The notes under the pieces are model-generated. The model ran no database searches. It worked only from the letters and a program-made list of their open reading frames with translations, and was not told where the DNA came from. This document shows positions 62,030-64,000 of a stretch of 64,000 nt of DNA, piece after piece. The translations under genes were made by a program, and so were the position numbers. Within the stretch, counting starts at the first letter, position 1. Every line of letters starts with the position of its first letter. Source of the stretch: Atractiella rhizophila (lineage: Eukaryota); the NCBI GenBank assembly GCA_021432655.1, contig MU271365.1, positions 1 to 64,000 of the forward strand, read 5' to 3'.

Positions 62030-64000
62030 ATGGCCAACATCTTGTCCGTCCTCCTCCTCTGCTCTCCTCCCATCACCTCAACAGCAGCTAATACGCGCGT
62101 TGCAGTGTCACCGAGCCCATACCATCCGCAAAAGTCTCGCTCGAGACGACTGCAGGGCAGATTCTCATCGAATTGTGGGCGAAAGAGATCCCGAAAGCGT
62201 GTCGCAAGTTAGTCTTCCCTCTCTGTGTTGGGTTTGGGGTGTGTAGTTGATTTGGCGATTGTTGTGTTATCAAGCTTCATTCAGTTGTGTTTGGAAGGTG
62301 TGTTGCTGTCCTTGTTCATGGTAAAGGTAAAACGAGCATATTTTGATGCGTGATAGGCTACTATGATGGATGCCAGTTCTTTCGAGTGGTTCCTAACTTC
62401 ATAGTACAAACAGGGGACCGTACAAATTCTGGGGATGGAGGAGGTGAGGTTTTCATTATTTACATATCTATTCATGGTGGTGAACACAATAACGACTGAC
62501 AGAAAGTATATTCGATGAGCCATTCGAGGACGAGTTCAACCAACGCCTCAAATTCAACCGGAGAGGATTGGTCGCTATGGCCAATGAAGGGAAGAAGAAC
62601 ACAAATCTTTCTCAGTCCGTACATCCACTTTCGCCTCAAAATGGATATTGAGGACTCTGAAAACAGGTTCTTCATCACACTCGACCGTGCAGACAGTTTG
62701 CAAGGCAAAAACACGATCTTCGGACGCGTGCGCCTTATCCTTCCGCTTTCAATCCGCCTATATTAAACAATTTTTGCAGGTCGTTGGAGACACCCTCTAC
62801 AACGTTCTCAAGGTCCGTCTTCCTCGCTCCTTCTGCCTTCCTTTTACGACCCACATCACAGTGCAGAAAGAACTAATGCTGTCTGGGGATCCAATACAGA
62901 TAGCTGAAGCCGACCTCCATCCCGATAGCGAGCGACCATTGGACCCATACACCATTCGGTCGGTGGAGGTACTCGAGAACCCTTTCAAAGATATTGAACC
63001 AAGGATCACTGCCGAAGAGAGGAGGGAGCAGGCGAAGGCTAGGAAAGAGGCAAAGAAGGAGAAGAAGGAGAGGGAAGAGAAGAAGGGAAAGAGAGGCAAA
63101 GGAACCAAGTGAGTGTTCCTCCCTCCTTTTACGATGTGCAGCGGCTGACGACTGTGGTGCGGAGAAATAAATCCCTAATGTCCTTCGAAGACGGAGAAGG
63201 AGACGATTCAGCCAGACCCCCTACTTCCTCCCTCAAGTCGATCCATGAAGCGGTTAAAGACGAACGTCTCGACTTGCGCTCCGTCGACGATCGAGCTCTC
63301 AAGCCAGACCTCCCACCGGACATGTTAGCCAGTGCACGTAAACGGAAAGCGGAGGCTTTGGACGACCTCGACCAACAAAAATCGACAACGATGGAAACGA
63401 AAGCGCAAGAGGCGGAGGCGGCGCCGGCGAAACCGAAAAAGAAGAAGGCGGAACCCGTACCGGAAGACGAGAGGTTCGTCACGCCTAATCTCTTTCCCAT
63501 CCGTCCCTACCCGACCATCTTAGTTCTTGGTCTAACGTGATGTGCGATCGTTGGGTCCGTTGTTTCGAATAGTGAGAAACGCCGTCGAGAGATCGCAGCC
63601 TTGCAGGCATCATTGAAGAAAGACCACGGCGGCGGATCAGACTCCGATTCCGACTCCGAACAGAAGAAGAAGACGAAAAATTCCAAGAGCTCCGGAGGAA
63701 TTTCGGGAGCGGCACTGTTGGCGGAGGAGAGGGAGAGGTATTTTCGGAAGGGCGCGAGGGAGAGCAGTAAGGTTGGGAAGAAGGGACAGAGGGGGGAGGA
63801 GGTCGATAGACGGTTGGATGGGTTTAGGAGTAGGCTTAGAGCTGCGTGGATGAATGAACCGGAGGAGGAGGACAACACCAAGGGGGAGGAGGGGGCGGCG
63901 AAGAAGGAAGAGGCAGAGAAGGATGAGCAAATGCCTTTTCAGGGCGTCGTCGGTGATTTGGACGGCGATGTGAGCGCTTCTACCAGTATCCTAGTGATGA
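62030..64000 (+). CDS. CWC27: Spliceosomal cyclophilin Cwc27, 3'-partial
   Basis: MANIF|VTEP..KVSLETTAGQILIELWAKEIPKACRN|FIQLCLEG|YYDG, RGLVAMAN, QFFITLD..LQGKNTIFGR|VVGDTLYN, LENPFKDIEPR, K|NKSLMSF; charged tail. Confidence 0.93.

Overview
Eukaryotic, gene-dense, intron-rich fungal DNA with one assembly gap (1094-1712). Introns are mostly about 50-70 nt, with GTRCGT/GTTCGT/GTGAGT donors and CTRAC branch points; I infer a basidiomycete, possibly Pucciniomycotina. About 20 spliced genes are present: a siderophore N-acyltransferase (partial), an SRF/MCM1 MADS-box factor (frameshifted), an amino-acid permease, TRP2, OXA1, DNA2, myosin I, two orphan genes, an ABCC transporter, a GH85 ENGase, V-ATPase subunit a, a conserved fungal membrane protein, a class IV chitin synthase, MetAP2, a dsRBD-type DEAH helicase, an MSC7-type ALDH, ALG2, a GT47 exostosin-like glycosyltransferase and CWC27 (partial). 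Most notable: (i) the DEAH helicase has an unusually long, strongly folded intron inside its first dsRBD-like domain and an in-frame GTG-initiated extension resembling a mitochondrial presequence; (ii) an orphan gene with a permuted papain-like (LRAT/PPPDE) signature lies between imperfect inverted repeats; (iii) three near-identical intragenic tandem duplications within 11 kb are probably alleles assembled in tandem. Exon boundaries were read by eye and no database searches were run.
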